Positions 1-13,574 of a stretch of DNA of 64,000 nucleotides are shown here, one piece after another. How positions within the stretch are numbered: position 1 is the first letter of the stretch; each line of letters starts with the position of its first letter. Made by a program: the position numbers and the translations under genes. Under the pieces are notes generated by a model. It was not told the origin of the DNA and made no database searches. It saw only the letters and a list, made by a program, of their open reading frames with translations. Source of the stretch: Macrostomum lignano (Eukaryota); the NCBI GenBank assembly GCA_002269645.1, contig NIVC01000686.1:81968-145967 (forward strand), read 5' to 3'.

Positions 1-207
1 TTTTGCAGCAGCCCAAGCAATCGGCAAGCGGAAGCCAGGCCCAAGTTCTCTCTAGACTCCGGCCGAGCGACATCTGCACAACAGGCAAATAGCCAGCAAA
101 ATTCTCAAAGGCCCCCAGATCCAAGTGTGACTCACCTTGTCAAACTAAAGTTTTGAGTCTTTGAGAAACTACAAACTCCGGCCCGCGAAGCCCCTCTACC
201 CAGCCCT

Positions 208-645
208 CTTCCCTCTTCTCTCATCTCACCTATCCTTTCTCTCTCTTTCTCTCTTGTCTCTGATCTATTCCCTATTCTATCATCTCACCTATCCTTTCTC
301 TCTCTTTCTCTCTTCTCTCTGATCTATTCCCTCTTCTCTCATCTCACCTATCCTTTCTCTCTCTTTCTCTCTTCTCTCTGATCTATTCCCTATTCTATCA
401 TCTCACCTATCCTTTCTCTCTCTTTCTCTCTTCTCTCTGATCTATTCCCTATTCTATCATCTCACCTATCCTTTCTCTCTCTTTCTCTCTTCTCTCTGAT
501 CTATTCCCTATTCTATCATCTCGCCTATCCTTTCTCTCTCTTTCTCTCTTCTCTCTGATCTATTCCCTCTTCTCTCATCTCACCTATCCTTTCTCTCTCT
601 TTCTCTCTTCTCTCTGATCTATTCCCTATTCTGTCCTCTCTCATC
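208..645. repeat. 59-bp CT-rich tandem repeat, about 7 copies
   Basis: The motif tcatctcacctatcctttct recurs at 221, 280, 339 and onward (period 59). Confidence 0.9.
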
Positions 646-1008
646 TGGCTGCCTTGAGTTAAAATATTTTGCGAGCTCTGATCTAGCTGACCGTGAATGT
701 TGGGTTTTTATGATCAGCTGAAGTGCTCGTGCATAACTTGGCGATTAAATCTGTGTAGCGATTTTTCTCTCCTACAATTTAAAGCCATTTAAAGTCTGTA
801 GCGAATCTTCTCCGCCTATGGCTGCTAGAAACCAGTTCTTCTATTCATCCTTTGATCTTTGCCGCGCCGTACAGAAAAAAAGTAATTTTCAATTTATTTG
901 CTTTAGCATGAAACCGATGAATGTTTCACTGCATTTTATGTTCAGAAGGGTTAATACTTAAGCTTTTTATGTTATGCAATCATTTAGCAACGAGAGTGGG
1001 TTAATTAT

Positions 1009-1121
1009 CAGTAGCGCAACCTGAAATTTTTTGAGGGGGGATTCTGGAGGGTAAAGTCCCGGGAGGGGGGCGGAGGGGTGGCGACCGCCTCCCCGCCCCC
1101 CCCCCCCTGGTTGCGCCACTG
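1009..1121. mobile_element. 113-bp MITE with CAG...CTG ends
   Basis: 13-bp TIRs cagtagcgcaacc / ggttgcgccactg with 1 mismatch, flanked by the direct repeat TAATTAT at 1002-1008 and 1122-1128. Confidence 0.7.
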
Positions 1122-1896
1122 TAATTATTGCAATAAGACTCACTCTTATTAGTTAAGATGTCTTGTAGAAGAGCTAATGATACTTATAACAGTCTGGATG
1201 ATCAAGTATAGTGAAAATCAATTAATTTAATTGGCGAATGAGTTCCAGATAATATTATGGGATTAAAACTGGGATAGAGAGAGAGGAAAAGTAGAGAGAT
1301 AGAGACTTAAAAGATCCGGGAGATAAAAATGATAGGGCTATAGGGGGTGGGAAGGTTAGTCGATGGTAAGAGGAAGAGGATGGGAAGATGAGAGAGGAGT
1401 GGGGGGGAAGAGAGGGGGAGTAGAGAGGAGGGATAAGTAAAGAGGAGGGTGAGGGAGAGAGGAGGGAGAAGAAAGGGGGAGTGGAGGGAGAGGGAGAAAG
1501 AAAGGAGAGAGTTTTTTTACTCAAATCGGCCGAATGCAATGAGCTGTTTGGCACAGCTAACATTAAGTTGAAGCTTTGGGGTCTGCCGTGGGCCAGCTAT
1601 GCTATCCAGTGAAAACAGGGCTGCATAACAATAATAATAAGAGCTAGTAATACTACAGCAGGGCACTAAGCCACGGCTTGGGCTGATTAAGCCGTTGCGC
1701 TAAACTGACTCAGCTGGCAAATTTGGTCATAAAAAGTTGCCGTTTATTGCTAATAATTTTTTCTAGGCAAAACGGCACGCTTTCCCCAGACAAACTAAGT
1801 GAGATTTATGGAAAGCAAAACAGAGGTTTAGTCATAGACTGATTGTGAGAGTAATGTTTCTTTGAAATGCCTCTTTTTTATAGATTTTAATCAATG

Positions 1897-1962
1897 AATT
1901 ATCTGCCTACCTACCTGCCTACCTGCCTACATACCTGCCTACCTGCCTACCTGCCTACCTAC

Positions 1963-2029
<67 letters not shown>

Positions 2030-2102
2030 CCGGATTACCTATCTACCTATCTACCTATATATCTACCTACCTACCTACCTACCTACCTAGCTACCTACCT
2101 TC

Positions 2103-2171
<69 letters not shown>

Positions 2172-2172
2172 C

Positions 2173-2269
<97 letters not shown>

Positions 2270-2340
2270 CCTACCTACCTACCTACCTAGCTACCTACCT
2301 AGCTACCGACTTACCTACTTACATACCTACCTACCTACTA
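1897..2340. repeat. (CCTA)n/(TCTA)n tetranucleotide microsatellite
   Basis: Read directly; it generates the spurious YLSI-repeat part of ORF 1894..2637. Confidence 0.97.
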
Positions 2341-2359
2341 ATTAGATCATCGCCTACAG

Positions 2360-2553
2360 ACCCTGCCGCGCCACTCCAAGGAAGTGTGCCGCGGCCCAAA
2401 ACAGAGAATGCTACAGTTTTGCACGCAGGATGCGTGACTAGAGTGGGTCTTAATAATCAGTTTAGTATCCAGGCGGTCCCTCAGTCGCTCTATCGCAGCT
2501 GGAACTGCATTATGCATGGCAGCAATGTAACAACAATGCCTCCAGAGACGCCA
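2360..2553 (+). CDS. Candidate exon of the Ig-like membrane protein gene (C-terminal half of an Ig-like domain)
   Basis: Acceptor cctacag| and donor |gtgggc. The translation ...[31 protein letters not shown] resembles the end of the next exon's domain (...GSWFCKFRG). It ends in phase 0, matching an acceptor at 3339. Confidence 0.45.
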
Positions 2554-2921
2554 GTGGGCAAATCAGCGGAACTTGAGAAGCCCAAAGGCGGAAGCCCCGC
2601 TGAGGGGCGCATTTCACGGCTTTGGCCCCCGGACTGACTCATCGTCTGCTTCTTTCTGAATTGTTCTCGATCCTTGCCGTTCTCTAAAAATTAATTTGGC
2701 TTTCCACGGCTATTATGACACGGAGGTTCTTGTCCTTAGGAACTGAGCTCAAAGTCTTGGAATTGTTTCAACAATTTTTAGCTTTTTTTCTTCAACAAAC
2801 GAATCAAGTCAAGTAGAGATTATATGGGGTCACGACATGAGTTAAAATGTTTTATAGCGAAGAAGGGTACTGCATGCCCGATTTGTGATTTTCAAGGTGA
2901 AATGAAACTCATTAAAGTTGC

Positions 2922-3287
2922 GTCAGTTTGTGAAGCGTCCAGTTTGTGAATTTTCTAGTTTGTGAAATTACCAGTTTGTGAAGTGACCAGTTTGTGAAGT
3001 GACCAGTTTGTGAAGTGACCAGTTTGTGAAGTGACCAGTTTGTGAAGTGACCAGTTTGTGAAGTGACCAGTTTGTGAAGTGACCAGTTTGTGAAGTGACC
3101 AGTTTGTGAAGTGTCCAGTTTGTGAAGTGACCAGTTTGTGAAGTGACCAGTTTGTGAAGTGACCAGTTTGTGAAGTAACCAGTTTGTGAAGTAACCAGTT
3201 TGTGAAGTAACCAGTTTGTGAATTGAGCAGTTTGTGAAGTAACCAGTTTGTGAATGGACCAGTTTGTGAAGTGACCAGTTTGTGAGG
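2922..3287. repeat. 16-bp minisatellite (ccagtttgtgaagtga)n
   Basis: About 22 tandem copies; source of ORFs 2912..3298 and 2955..3308. Confidence 0.97.
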
Positions 3288-3338
3288 CTCTCCAGCATAC
3301 CTCATCATAGGTTCTCTATTTGACCTTCAGTGTCGCAG

Positions 3339-3876
3339 GTCCTGGCGTTTATCGAAAGCAGCAGTGCCGGCAGCGGCGGCATCGGCGTCAAGCTGCGAGT
3401 CAACGTGACGGGCCACCTGATCAGCCTGAGCTGCGAGGTCACCGGCATCCCAGGCAGCCCTGACGATCACCGGGTCCAATTCCACTGCCCCCTGCTCAAT
3501 GGTGGCGTCACCTGTTTCGGCGACTGCAGCCCAATTTGCACCATGCTGGGCGACGGCACCTGCCGCGTGCTGCATCCATTGCTCAGTAGCGACAGCGTCC
3601 GCTGCCAGAAGCTGCTGAACACGTCTGGCAACGCCAAGACTGTCCGCCTGCTGATTGACTCCAGGAAGGCCGAGCTGACGGGCTCCTGGTTCTGCAAGTT
3701 CCGCGGCGCCGCCAGCGCCACCGCCGCCTTCGGCCAGTTCCGGACTGTCGCCGCGGCTACGACGGCGACGACTGTGCCGGCGATCGACACGGCGGCACCG
3801 GCGGCGGCGGCTTCCGCTGTTGGAGGCGCCGATGCAGCAGCGGAGATGAGCGCTTCTGATTCAGCTAGACAGTCGG
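3339..3876 (+). CDS. Exon encoding a Cys-rich Ig-like domain plus Ala/Thr-rich stalk
   Basis: GC-rich open frame. Acceptor tcgcag| (alternative cttcag| at 3330) and donor g|gtaggt. Contains ISLSCEVTG (B-strand-like), TVRLLI (E-like) and ELTGSWFC (F-like); 8 Cys in the domain. Confidence 0.7.
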
Positions 3877-3888
3877 GTAGGTGCTGCC

Positions 3889-4100
<212 letters not shown>

Positions 4101-4870
4101 AGTTAACTAACTGACTAACCGACAAACACATTGCAATTTAAATAGTTTCCTATTAGGATTTAACTGGAAGAAGTTAGCAGGAACGGAAGTCTTGAAGTAG
4201 TTTATATAATGGATTGACACCAGAATCGAGACAATTATTCATCGAAGATCGAATATGACGTCCTCATTAATAAGCTTCGCCATTAGTTAACTAAAAAAAA
4301 GTGTGCCGAAACCTCCCGTTTTCAATTTTAAACCCAGCACACTTACCACCCACGCTGCAGTGCACGGGCAAGAGGGGTTTGTGGCGGGTCAGTTCAGAAT
4401 GAAAATGAGAGAGAGAGAGAGAGAAAGACAAAACTTGATGGAGCTCTGGGCGAGAGTGTATTGGCGAGAGAAAACAGTATGGCAAAGCAGAGACGGCTGC
4501 AGTGCACTGCACTGTGTGTGTGCTCTGCGATAACCAGAATTCACCTTGCCCACCTCAGAATTAACCCGCATGAGACCCATAAGCTTCATGGGCAAGTGCT
4601 CAGCCTGACTGCACATAATTAGCTGAGAAGCCCTGTTATACTCATAAAGTAGGGAAGGACGCCCTGTAGAAAGCAGGTTGAGCAGTATATTTTTTTCAAT
4701 TTCGAGACCACACACGAGGCCGATAGAAGAAGCGCAGCCTAAACCGGCTTTTTTAGATATGGAATTTTTTAATATAGCGATTCTAATGATAATCATAATG
4801 CAATATTGTACGCTTTTGCAAATCAATTTGGGTAGTTTTGCATCCACTTGTAGTATTAACTACATTACTA

Positions 4871-5392
4871 TTTAGCGATGCAGACAAGATTTTAGCGATG
4901 CAGACAAGATTTTAGCGCTACAGGCAAGATTTTAGCGCCACAGACAAGATTTTAGCGCCACAGACAAGATTTTAGTGCCACAGACAAGATTTTAGCGCCA
5001 CAGACAAGATTTTAGCGTCACAGACAAGATTTTAGCGTCACAGACAAGATTTTAGCGCCACAGACAAGATTTTAGCGTCACAGACAAGATTTTAGCGTCA
5101 CAGACAAGATTTTAGTGCCACAGACAAGATTCCAGCGCCACAGACATAATTTCGGCGCCACAGACAAGATTTTAGCGCCACAGACAAGATTTTAGTGCCA
5201 CAGACAAGATTTTAGCGCCACAGTTATAATTTCGGCGCCACAGACATGATTTTAGCGCTACAGGCAAGATTTTAGTGCCACAGACAAGATTTTAGCGATG
5301 CAGACAAGATTTTAGCGCTACAGAAAAGATTTTAGCGCCACAGACAAGATTTTAGCGCCACAGACAAGATTTTAGCGCCACAGACATGATTC
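4871..5392. repeat. 20-bp minisatellite (cagacaagattttagcgcca)n
   Basis: About 26 tandem copies. Confidence 0.96.
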
Positions 5393-5813
5393 TAGTGATT
5401 TAGAAAAAGTTTGAATTGCGAAGTGCTGTCTAATAGGTATATGAGACTATAATTAATTACTAACTTTGCGAATAAAGCAATTTGGCCAGCTTACCCCGGC
5501 CCTCTATTGAAAGACTTTTCTATACAATAATGACTGGCAAAAAAGCCACTAGCCATTGTTAAGTTGCACTCCGGGGCAGGAATGGGAGGAGCGCAAGCTA
5601 TTGAGAAGTCTGGGGGGCATCAGCTCGCATCCTGTACTCTGCACTGCTTTAGTTGTAGTTTTGTGCAGACAGGCAGACAGGCGCTGAGTCAGACACTGAG
5701 TTTCTACTGATGGCAAATAATGGAAAATTTATGAGATAACTACAGCTTTTTGGGCACAACATGATCAAATCGTGACTCATATTCCTTTTTCACCTTTGTT
5801 TTGTCTTCTAAAG

Positions 5814-5951
5814 ATCGTTCGGATCTGGCGCCGCATTCGGCCACCAACCGTTCTGTGTCCAGGCGTTTCGGACAGACCGACTGGCAACGAAATCGGCCAG
5901 TAGATGAGAGCGAGACGGGAAAGCCGGGGACAAAGGAGACCGATGGGAACT
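5814..5951 (+). CDS. Exon of the Ig-like membrane protein gene (stalk)
   Basis: Polypyrimidine tract plus aag| acceptor and t|gtgagt donor. Phase 1-1, joining 3876 (G+AT=Asp) and 7473 in frame. Confidence 0.6.
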
Positions 5952-5983
5952 GTGAGTCTGCGGTCTTTGCTGCTGGGACTGTG

Positions 5984-6597
5984 AGGGATAGTGGCGCTCT
6001 GGGATAATGGCGCTTTGGGATAGTGGCGCTCTGGGATAATGGCGCTCTGGGATAGTGCGGCTTTGGGATAGTGGCGCTTTGGGATAGTGGCGCTTTGGGA
6101 TAGTTGCGCTTTGGGATAATGGCGCTTTGGGATAGTGGCGCTTTGGGTTGGGATAGTGGCGCTTTGGGATAGTGGCGCTTTGGGATAGTGGCGCTTTGGG
6201 ATAGTGGCGCTTTGGGATAGTGGCGCTTTGGGATAGTGGCGCTTTGGGATAGTGGCGCTTTGGGATAGTGGCGCTTTGGGATAGTGGCGCTTTGGGATAG
6301 TGGCGCTTTGGGATAGTGGCGCTTTGGGATAGTGGCGCTTTGGGATAGTGGCGCTTTGGGATAGTGGCGCTTTGGGATAGTGGCGCTTTGGGATAGTGGC
6401 GCTTTGGGATAGTGGCGCTTTGGGATAGTGGCGCTTTGGGATAGTGGCGCTTTGGGATAGTGGCGCTTTGGGATAGTGGCGCTTTGGGATAGTGGCGCTT
6501 TGGGATAGTGGCGCTTTGGGATAGTGGCGCTTTGGGATAGTGGCGCTTTGGGATAGTGGCGCTTTGGGATAGTGGCGCTTTGGGATAGTGGCGCTAG
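5984..6597. repeat. 16-bp minisatellite (gggatagtggcgcttt)n
   Basis: About 37 copies; source of ORF 5740..6714. Confidence 0.97.
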
Positions 6598-7472
6598 AGA
6601 AGACGGCTCCAGCCTGTATAAATAGCGCGATGGCGCCAGATTAAAGTGCCGAGCGTTAGAAATTGTGACGCTGTCTATAAAAGAAGACAGGCAAGAACTG
6701 AAGCACTTGTGCAAGAAGTGGCAAAGTTTACGAATGAAAATTTGTCAGTCTGCCATGGCTTTTCCGCAAAATTGCACAAGACGGTTAATCGGTAGTCTAG
6801 ATAAGCGCGAGGTGCAGCCAGACTGGGGGGGGGGGCTCTTTATCTTTTTAACCTGCGAGGCATGATACTGCCCCAGCCACTTCTTAACAACAGTTGCCTA
6901 GAATATTGCTAGCCAGTAAGCTGTAATTTTTCAAAGCTGACATAATTAAAGTTTGCCTTGCTCACATAGAAATTGCTCACTTTCATGTTTAACAATACGG
7001 CCGACCCATTATTTTAGCTGTTTCTATGCACCTCCACATTCTGCATTTCACTCTGCTACTCTTTATCTCGGCTCAATTGACGAAAACAAGCTCAAACACA
7101 ACACTAGAGGTGCTGGGCTCTGAGTCCAGCTCAAGATTTCGCGAAAAGAATGACACGCGCTCATGGTCTCTCTTTCTCTCAAAGCAGGCTCAGAATCCCC
7201 TTGAAAAATTAAATTGCAGACTGGCAGTCTCTTGTGGCAGCAAAAATCTGTTCAGTGGCTTCTTCTGCTTCTTCCAGCCCCCCCCCCCCTCAGTCGGATG
7301 CCAGGTTTTCGGACCAATCTCAGCGGGGTGCCTCGCTAAAGGTGGTGCGGCGGATTTTCGCCAGGGGAGAGAGATTTTGACGGAAAAAAGACTCGAATTC
7401 TGCTTGCTCAAATATTTGCTTTGCAAGATTATGCTCGGCGAATGCAACTCGTCTCCCGACCCCGCCTTCCAG

Positions 7473-7583
7473 TGCCCCGCATGAAGCCGGATTACGTCAT
7501 CGGTGCTCTGGCCGTGCTGGGCGTGTCGCTGGTTGTCAACATTGGGTTTTGCCTGCGCTGCATCCTGGCCAGGCATTACATTG
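7473..7583 (+). CDS. Exon encoding the transmembrane helix of the Ig-like protein
   Basis: Acceptor ccttccag| and donor g|gtgagc, phase 1-1. Translates PRMKPDYVIGALAVLGVSLVVNIGFCLRCILARHYI: a hydrophobic run followed by basic residues. This frame is not in the ORF track. Confidence 0.7.
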
Positions 7584-7593
7584 GTGAGCGCTG

Positions 7594-7889
<296 letters not shown>

Positions 7890-8376
7890 AATTTCACCCA
7901 ACCCTTCCTGATCAAAGCAGACCCTTTCTATTGAAGCCTCACATGTGATGTTGAAGCCACATCTCACTCTCTCTTTGTGCCTCGCCGTGCCAAATGTTCC
8001 GGCTGGCAACCAATGTTCCAGGTAGTTATAATTAAGCACCCGCCCTCTCCACCGTCTGTCACATCCCCACCCGACCTGTCAATTATTCGAGTTGTGTTCG
8101 AGTTTCTCCCTGCCAACCTAATCTGGTCCCGGGCTCGCCCACTCCAGCCACTGAATGATGCCGTGACCAACTTTGAACAGTCGAATGGCGAATTCGCTTA
8201 ATTGAAAGAGCGCGAGAATATTGAACGCAGAGCCGACCCCGAACTGTCATTCACCCGCTGCCTACGCGGTCGAGATCGGGGACAGTCAGCTGACGGCAAG
8301 GCCCTAGCAACTAAATATTCCCAATATCCCCATTGGTTACTAAGAGTTGTGAAAGCGCAGGGCAGGGGTATTACAG

Positions 8377-8389
8377 ATATAACACACCG
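8377..8389 (+). CDS. Candidate linking (micro)exon of the Ig-like membrane protein; 5' boundary uncertain
   Basis: Strong donor cg|gtgagt at 8390 ends in phase 2, matching the 11745 acceptor. Phase-1 acceptors exist at 8377 (ttacag|) and near 8310 (ccctag|), but neither has a good pyrimidine tract. Confidence 0.3.
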
Positions 8390-8924
8390 GTGAGTCAAGC
8401 AGAGCTCATGGAGTAGACCGTCAAAGCCACACCCATCGCCTTTTAATCTTCGTTTTAATCTTTCGTAGGGAGGGGGGCTAAAAAAGAGCGGCAGGAATCG
8501 ATTAATAGATGTAGGAAGCGCGTGCGTCTGCTCCATGCCGCATCCCTAATGGGGTCTTTTTTGCACCGCTAACCCCCCCCCCTCTGCTCGAATTGCTGGC
8601 TCATTGGACCAGGTTCGGGTCACAGATTCGAGTCTGCTTGAGTAGAAGGTCGGAGCTGGCTTCTGCGGGACTGCATTTACTTTATCCGCAGCTGCACTGC
8701 AGCAGGTTGTTAGCTAGCGGGTACAGCTAATTAGCTTGGATGAGATCGCTTCATTAATAGGCCTGTGCGCCATGCCGGCTCCTCGGTTTTTAATCGCCCT
8801 GTTCTGTTCGCGGATTAACCTGTTCCTACCGGGTCGCTGTGCTTCTAGCTGAAGAATTGACCTCAGTTAAAGTACAAATTAAGGACACGTGGGTTCTACC
8901 CCGTGTTCCATGTGAAGCTACACC

Positions 8925-9385
8925 CAGCACTCTATCCAGCACTCTATACAGCACTCTATCCAGCACTATCCAGCACTCTATACAGCACTCTATCCAGCAC
9001 TCTATCCAGCACTCTATACAGCGCTCTATCCAGCACTCTATCCAGCACTCTATCCAGCACTCTATACAGCACTCTATCCAGCACTCTATCCAGCAATTCA
9101 GCACTCTATCCAGCACTCTATCCAGCACTCTATCCAGCAATTCAGCACTCTATCCAGCACTCTATCCAACACTCTATACAGAAATCCAGCACTCTATCCA
9201 GCACTCTATTGAACACTCTATCCAGCAATCCAGCACTCCATCTAGCACTCTATCCAGCACTCTATCCATCACTCTATTGAACACTCTATACAGCAATCCA
9301 GCACTCTATCCAGCACTCTATCCAGCACTCTATCTAGCACTCCATCCAGCAGTCTATCCAGCACTCTATCCAGCACACTATCCGG
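8925..9385. repeat. 12-bp minisatellite (ccagcactctat)n
   Basis: Read directly; source of ORFs 8826..9140, 8839..9432 and 8903..9280. Confidence 0.95.
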
Positions 9386-10425
9386 CATTCAGACCAAGTT
9401 TACTCCATAGATCCATAGAGATTAGTCTTTAGGTCCCTACAACTGACATTAGATGTCAATCCTTAGCTGTGTCACCCCATGAATTGAATCCTTGGACAGG
9501 TGAATGTCAAATTTTCAATTTCTAGTATTCGTCTTCTAGTTGACAGAAATCCATAGAATCCAACGGAGTGGAGTGAAAATATGATATGCGGGTGGTCCAG
9601 CACTGTCTCTCCTCTGCCACTTCCAATTCGTTTCGTTAAAGCCAGTTGTAAAATATGTGCATTTCATGTATAGATTAGCTATGAATAGCTGGATCAGAGC
9701 ATAGAGATTGCGTGGCTCAGCATGTGTTGCGTAATACGCATTGGGCCCTGGCTTTGGTAGCCAGCCAGCTGGAATTCCTGCGCTTGTGGGCGGCATTTGA
9801 AAGGCCGCGTCCTGTACCCGGAAAGAGGAACTGGGCGGCTGGGCGGCGGGCAATGCATGCAGGTAGGCAGGCAGACCCTTCAGCTTTATCCCTTAGGGTA
9901 GGTTAGCCAACCATCCTCGCATCGGCATCAAGAACAGGATTCGCACCCCGAGGGCGTAAAACCGACTGACTACACCTCAGCTCTAGAGAATTGAAGAGAT
10001 GGCGAGATAGCATAGGGTCAAAGGAGGCATTACCTGTCAGAGCTGAAAAGAGGGGAGTCAAATATAGACTGAGGAAAAAGAGAGAAATGCTTTGAAATCG
10101 TATTCAATGAATCACTAATTCGTTTGTCGACAGGTTTTAAAAATTATGTCGCTCGCAAAGAATTCTATCACCTACTGTTTTTCAGTAGTAAAATTAGAGC
10201 TTTTTGTCTTGATACATTTTTAAAATAAATATTTTAAAATGTAATTTTAAAAATGTAGAATGTAACTTAATTTTACAAAACATTTCAAGATTTTAAAGCC
10301 GCAACAATCGCCTTTGGCTTTCTACAAGCAGACCCATTAAATTAGCATCTTTAGAAAAACCCGAATCCAGCGCGTGCGCACAACAAGCAGAAAAGGGGTG
10401 GCGCTCCAGCCTCCAGTCCGCTTGT

Positions 10426-10559
10426 GTCTGACTTTGACCTCTCTCCTTACTGCTCTCTCATTGGCTGAGCTAGATTGGGCCTGCCCCCCTAGGCTGAGTT
10501 TCGTCCGTCTGACTTTGATCTCTCTCTCCTTACTGCTCTCTCATTGGCTGAGCTAGATT
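10426..10559. repeat. About 52-bp direct duplication
   Basis: gtctgactttga...cattggctgagctagatt at 10426-10476 and 10507-10559. Confidence 0.85.
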
Positions 10560-11576
10560 AGTCCTAAGAAAATATTAAACCCTAAGGAATTTTTAAATGC
10601 CACATTAAATGCTCTTCTTTTTTATAAATTAATTGCGAGTGCAAAAACAAGTTATTCTACTATCTGTCAGGTCTATGTGAAATTGGGACTTGTCCATTCC
10701 GAACACGGATGCGTAAGCAAACACACCCTCACGCAGATTGAACCCAAATTAATATTTGGAACTCTGTTGTTGCTTAGGCTTTAGGGTTGATTTTTCATCT
10801 TCTTCACACTTGGATCCTGTTCTGCGATGCCTTTTCGGTTAGCCAGCTTATCCGAACTGTGACAGGTTGTGAAGTTGTAAAACCTGCAATTTTATAAATG
10901 CAAGAATCAGTTCCAAACTATCGAAGGTAAGTCTTTGTTCGGGGTCTCTTAGCTCGCTTATCTTTCCAATAATACGCAATCCCTGCATGCAACAATTTTC
11001 GGATAAGTAAGCGACTTTCATTAGCTGCAACGCACTGCCCAGGCTGAAAAGCAGAAATCAGGGCTAAGCTTAGCTAATGGTGAAACGAAGAGAGTGCCGG
11101 GTAGCGCCGGTAGAAAGTCAAAGAAAATAAAAAAGAAATGCGAATAAAAGATGAGATTTCTGACAGTTAGATGGGTTATTTGAGATAGGATGGGGAGGAC
11201 GGGGCCAGCGCACACACAAACACACACAAGGAACCCGCGTCGTAAGTCGGAAAAGATGAAAGGCGAGGAGGAGGGAGAGGACAAGAGATTGAGGTAAGAA
11301 GAGAATTGTGATAAATAATGCCTTTCTGAGATCTGAGTCAGAAAAGGCACGGGATCCCTCCTTAGGGTCAGGGGTCTGGCAGATTCCCGCTTCATCCACC
11401 TTCCCGCATCCCATTCTCATCCTGTCTGGTTTGGGATCGATCAGACCGTCAGGCTGAATGGATTCGTCAGCCCCTTCATTCGTTCCTTCCTCCCTCCATT
11501 CATCAAGTTCCTCCTTGCCTCAGTCTTCATCCACGACTTCACCTGTCAGCGACTCGAATCAACCATTTCAATCTGC

Positions 11577-11710
11577 CACTTCATACATCCGCCCCCTTGA
11601 TACATCAACCCTTCATACATCCGTCCCTTCATACATCCCCCCTTCATACATCCGCCCCTTCATACATCCGCCCCCCCCTTCATACATCCGCCCCTTCATA
11701 CATCCGCCAT
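11577..11710. repeat. Degenerate 16-bp repeat (ccccttcatacatccg)n
   Basis: Read directly; lies just before the acceptor at 11744. Confidence 0.8.
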
Positions 11711-11744
11711 TTCTACATCTACCACTTCTACATATACCTATTAG

Positions 11745-12489
11745 TGCATCCTCCTACAACCGCCCTTATCTCAGCCGCAAAATCCGCTCCCTTCTCCGCC
11801 CACATCCTCGCCTCCGCCAACTACTTGCAGAGCTGCGACGCCGAAAGCAGCAACCGCCGGGCTGTCTCGGTGCGTGCCTCTGCGTCAGCACCGTCCAGGT
11901 GACCGAGGACGAAACCGCGGCAGCAGCAGCCGCCGCCTCGGGCCGGGACAGTCAGTACGAGGAGCTCCCACGCGGCGGCTCCCGACTGACTCGCTCCAGA
12001 ACTCTGCCGCCTGGCTCCATGGAGCCGAGCGCCGCTGAAGCCGGCAGCTGCCGCGCCCTCTACGACCCGGTGGCCGTCGGGGCCAACGGCGGCGTGTCCC
12101 GCCGCGAGTCGCACGGGCCGCCGCCGCCGCCTCCGCACCCGTCGCAGCTGTTGCGGCAGCAGCAGCAGTTGCAGCAGCTGCAGCAGCGGCAACAGCAGCG
12201 GCAGCGGCAAGCAGGGAACTGCAGGCCGAACTCCATTGCCAACGGAGTCGGCGCGGCGTCGGCCTCGGAATCGGCGCCCTTCCTGATGTCGACAACTGCC
12301 GCCGACGAGGCGGACGCTGAGGCGGCATCAGTATCATCGGGTGGCGCAAGCAGCGGCGGCGGGCCGAACGCTCGCCTGGAGCTGAGCAGGCGGATGCTGC
12401 GCAAGGCGGACACCCTGCTACGCGAGGCCAACTCGCTGCTGAGGGAGGGCGGCGAAGCCTCCGCCGCTGGGGAGGGGCAGGAGGCATAA
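11745..12489 (+). CDS. Probable last exon: low-complexity Gln/Ala/Pro/Ser-rich cytoplasmic tail
   Basis: Acceptor cctattag| follows an intronic repeat; long GC-rich frame to TAA at 12487-12489; phase 2 fits the 8389 donor. Linkage to the Ig/TM exons is inferred. Confidence 0.6.
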
Positions 12490-12969
12490 TAAATAGTTGA
12501 TTATTATTAGCAGCGACTTGCTTTTCCGCCTACTGAGCAGCTGTTTATCAGTAGGCAGCGAAGGAAAAATTTTCCGTTTCAAATAGAAACGAACTGTAAC
12601 TGCCTCAGCGCTGAATTACGTATTACTGCCTAATCTGAGTGCTTCTAGCTCGTTAAGTGGTGATTTTTTACGATAATCGCTGCATAGAAATCGCTCAATA
12701 TTGTCCAGTTCTGTTACTGTTCAGTTCTGCTTCTGGCTGTGAGTTCTTTGTACCGCTTAGATTGATTGCACTTTCGAGTAGGACTCAGTCTGCACCTATC
12801 TGTTACAGACGCCAATTCGTTCTAGTGAATTAGTTGAACAAATGTAGCTCGTAAATGGTGTATTTTTTAATCTGCATCAATCTCTGCATCAAACTGTTTT
12901 TCACCAGGGAACTAGATTTATAAAAGGACTAATTCGGTTTGAAACAAAAATGCACTTTCCATACTTCCT

Positions 12970-13213
12970 CCTCTCCCCGCCTCTCTCCCTCCGCCTCTCT
13001 CCCCGCCTCTCTCCCTCCGCCTCTCTCCCCGCCTCTCTCCCCGTCTCTCTCCCGCCTCTCTCCCTCCGCCTCTCTCCCCGCCTCTCTCCCTCCGCCTCTC
13101 TCCCCGCCTCTCTCCCGCCTCTCTCCCCGCCTCTCTCCCGCCTCTCTCCCCGCCTCTCTCCCGCCTCTCTCCCCGCCTCTCTCCCCGCCTCTCTCCCCGC
13201 CTCTCTCCCCGCC
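12970..13213. repeat. About 12-bp CT-rich repeat (cctctctccccg)n
   Basis: Read directly. Confidence 0.9.
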
Positions 13214-13574
13214 TTCGAACTTTGTTTGCTAACTATAACTGCTGTCCATAGTGTGCTATTATCTCATAGGTTGGAAAATTGTTTAAATTTTGTACAGAAT
13301 TGTCACCTTTGTACAGCCTCTAATAACCCGCCATTCGTTTGCAAAGCATGTAAAATTGATCAATTGATTAGCCAATCAAATATATCTCGTTAATTCGAGT
13401 AGCAAGGAGTATTTGTTAAATAATAAGCATTCTCTGCCTCTAGACTTGGGTATGACTTTTTCTACGAGTATATTGAAGTATATTGACAAATTATTTTTAC
13501 GTTGGATTTTTGTTCATTGTGCTCATGGACAATACGAAAGAAGATGCGACGAAACTGCACAGGAGAATGATGAC

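Noticed and set aside
9-84. Upstream exon of the Ig-like gene with a GC donor (cag|gcaaat)
   Set aside because: The phase would fit, but it needs a non-canonical donor and the peptide is uninformative.
11458-11744. ATG-started N-terminus of the 343-aa ORF
   Set aside because: It runs through a 16-bp tandem repeat and is better explained as intron upstream of the acceptor at 11744.
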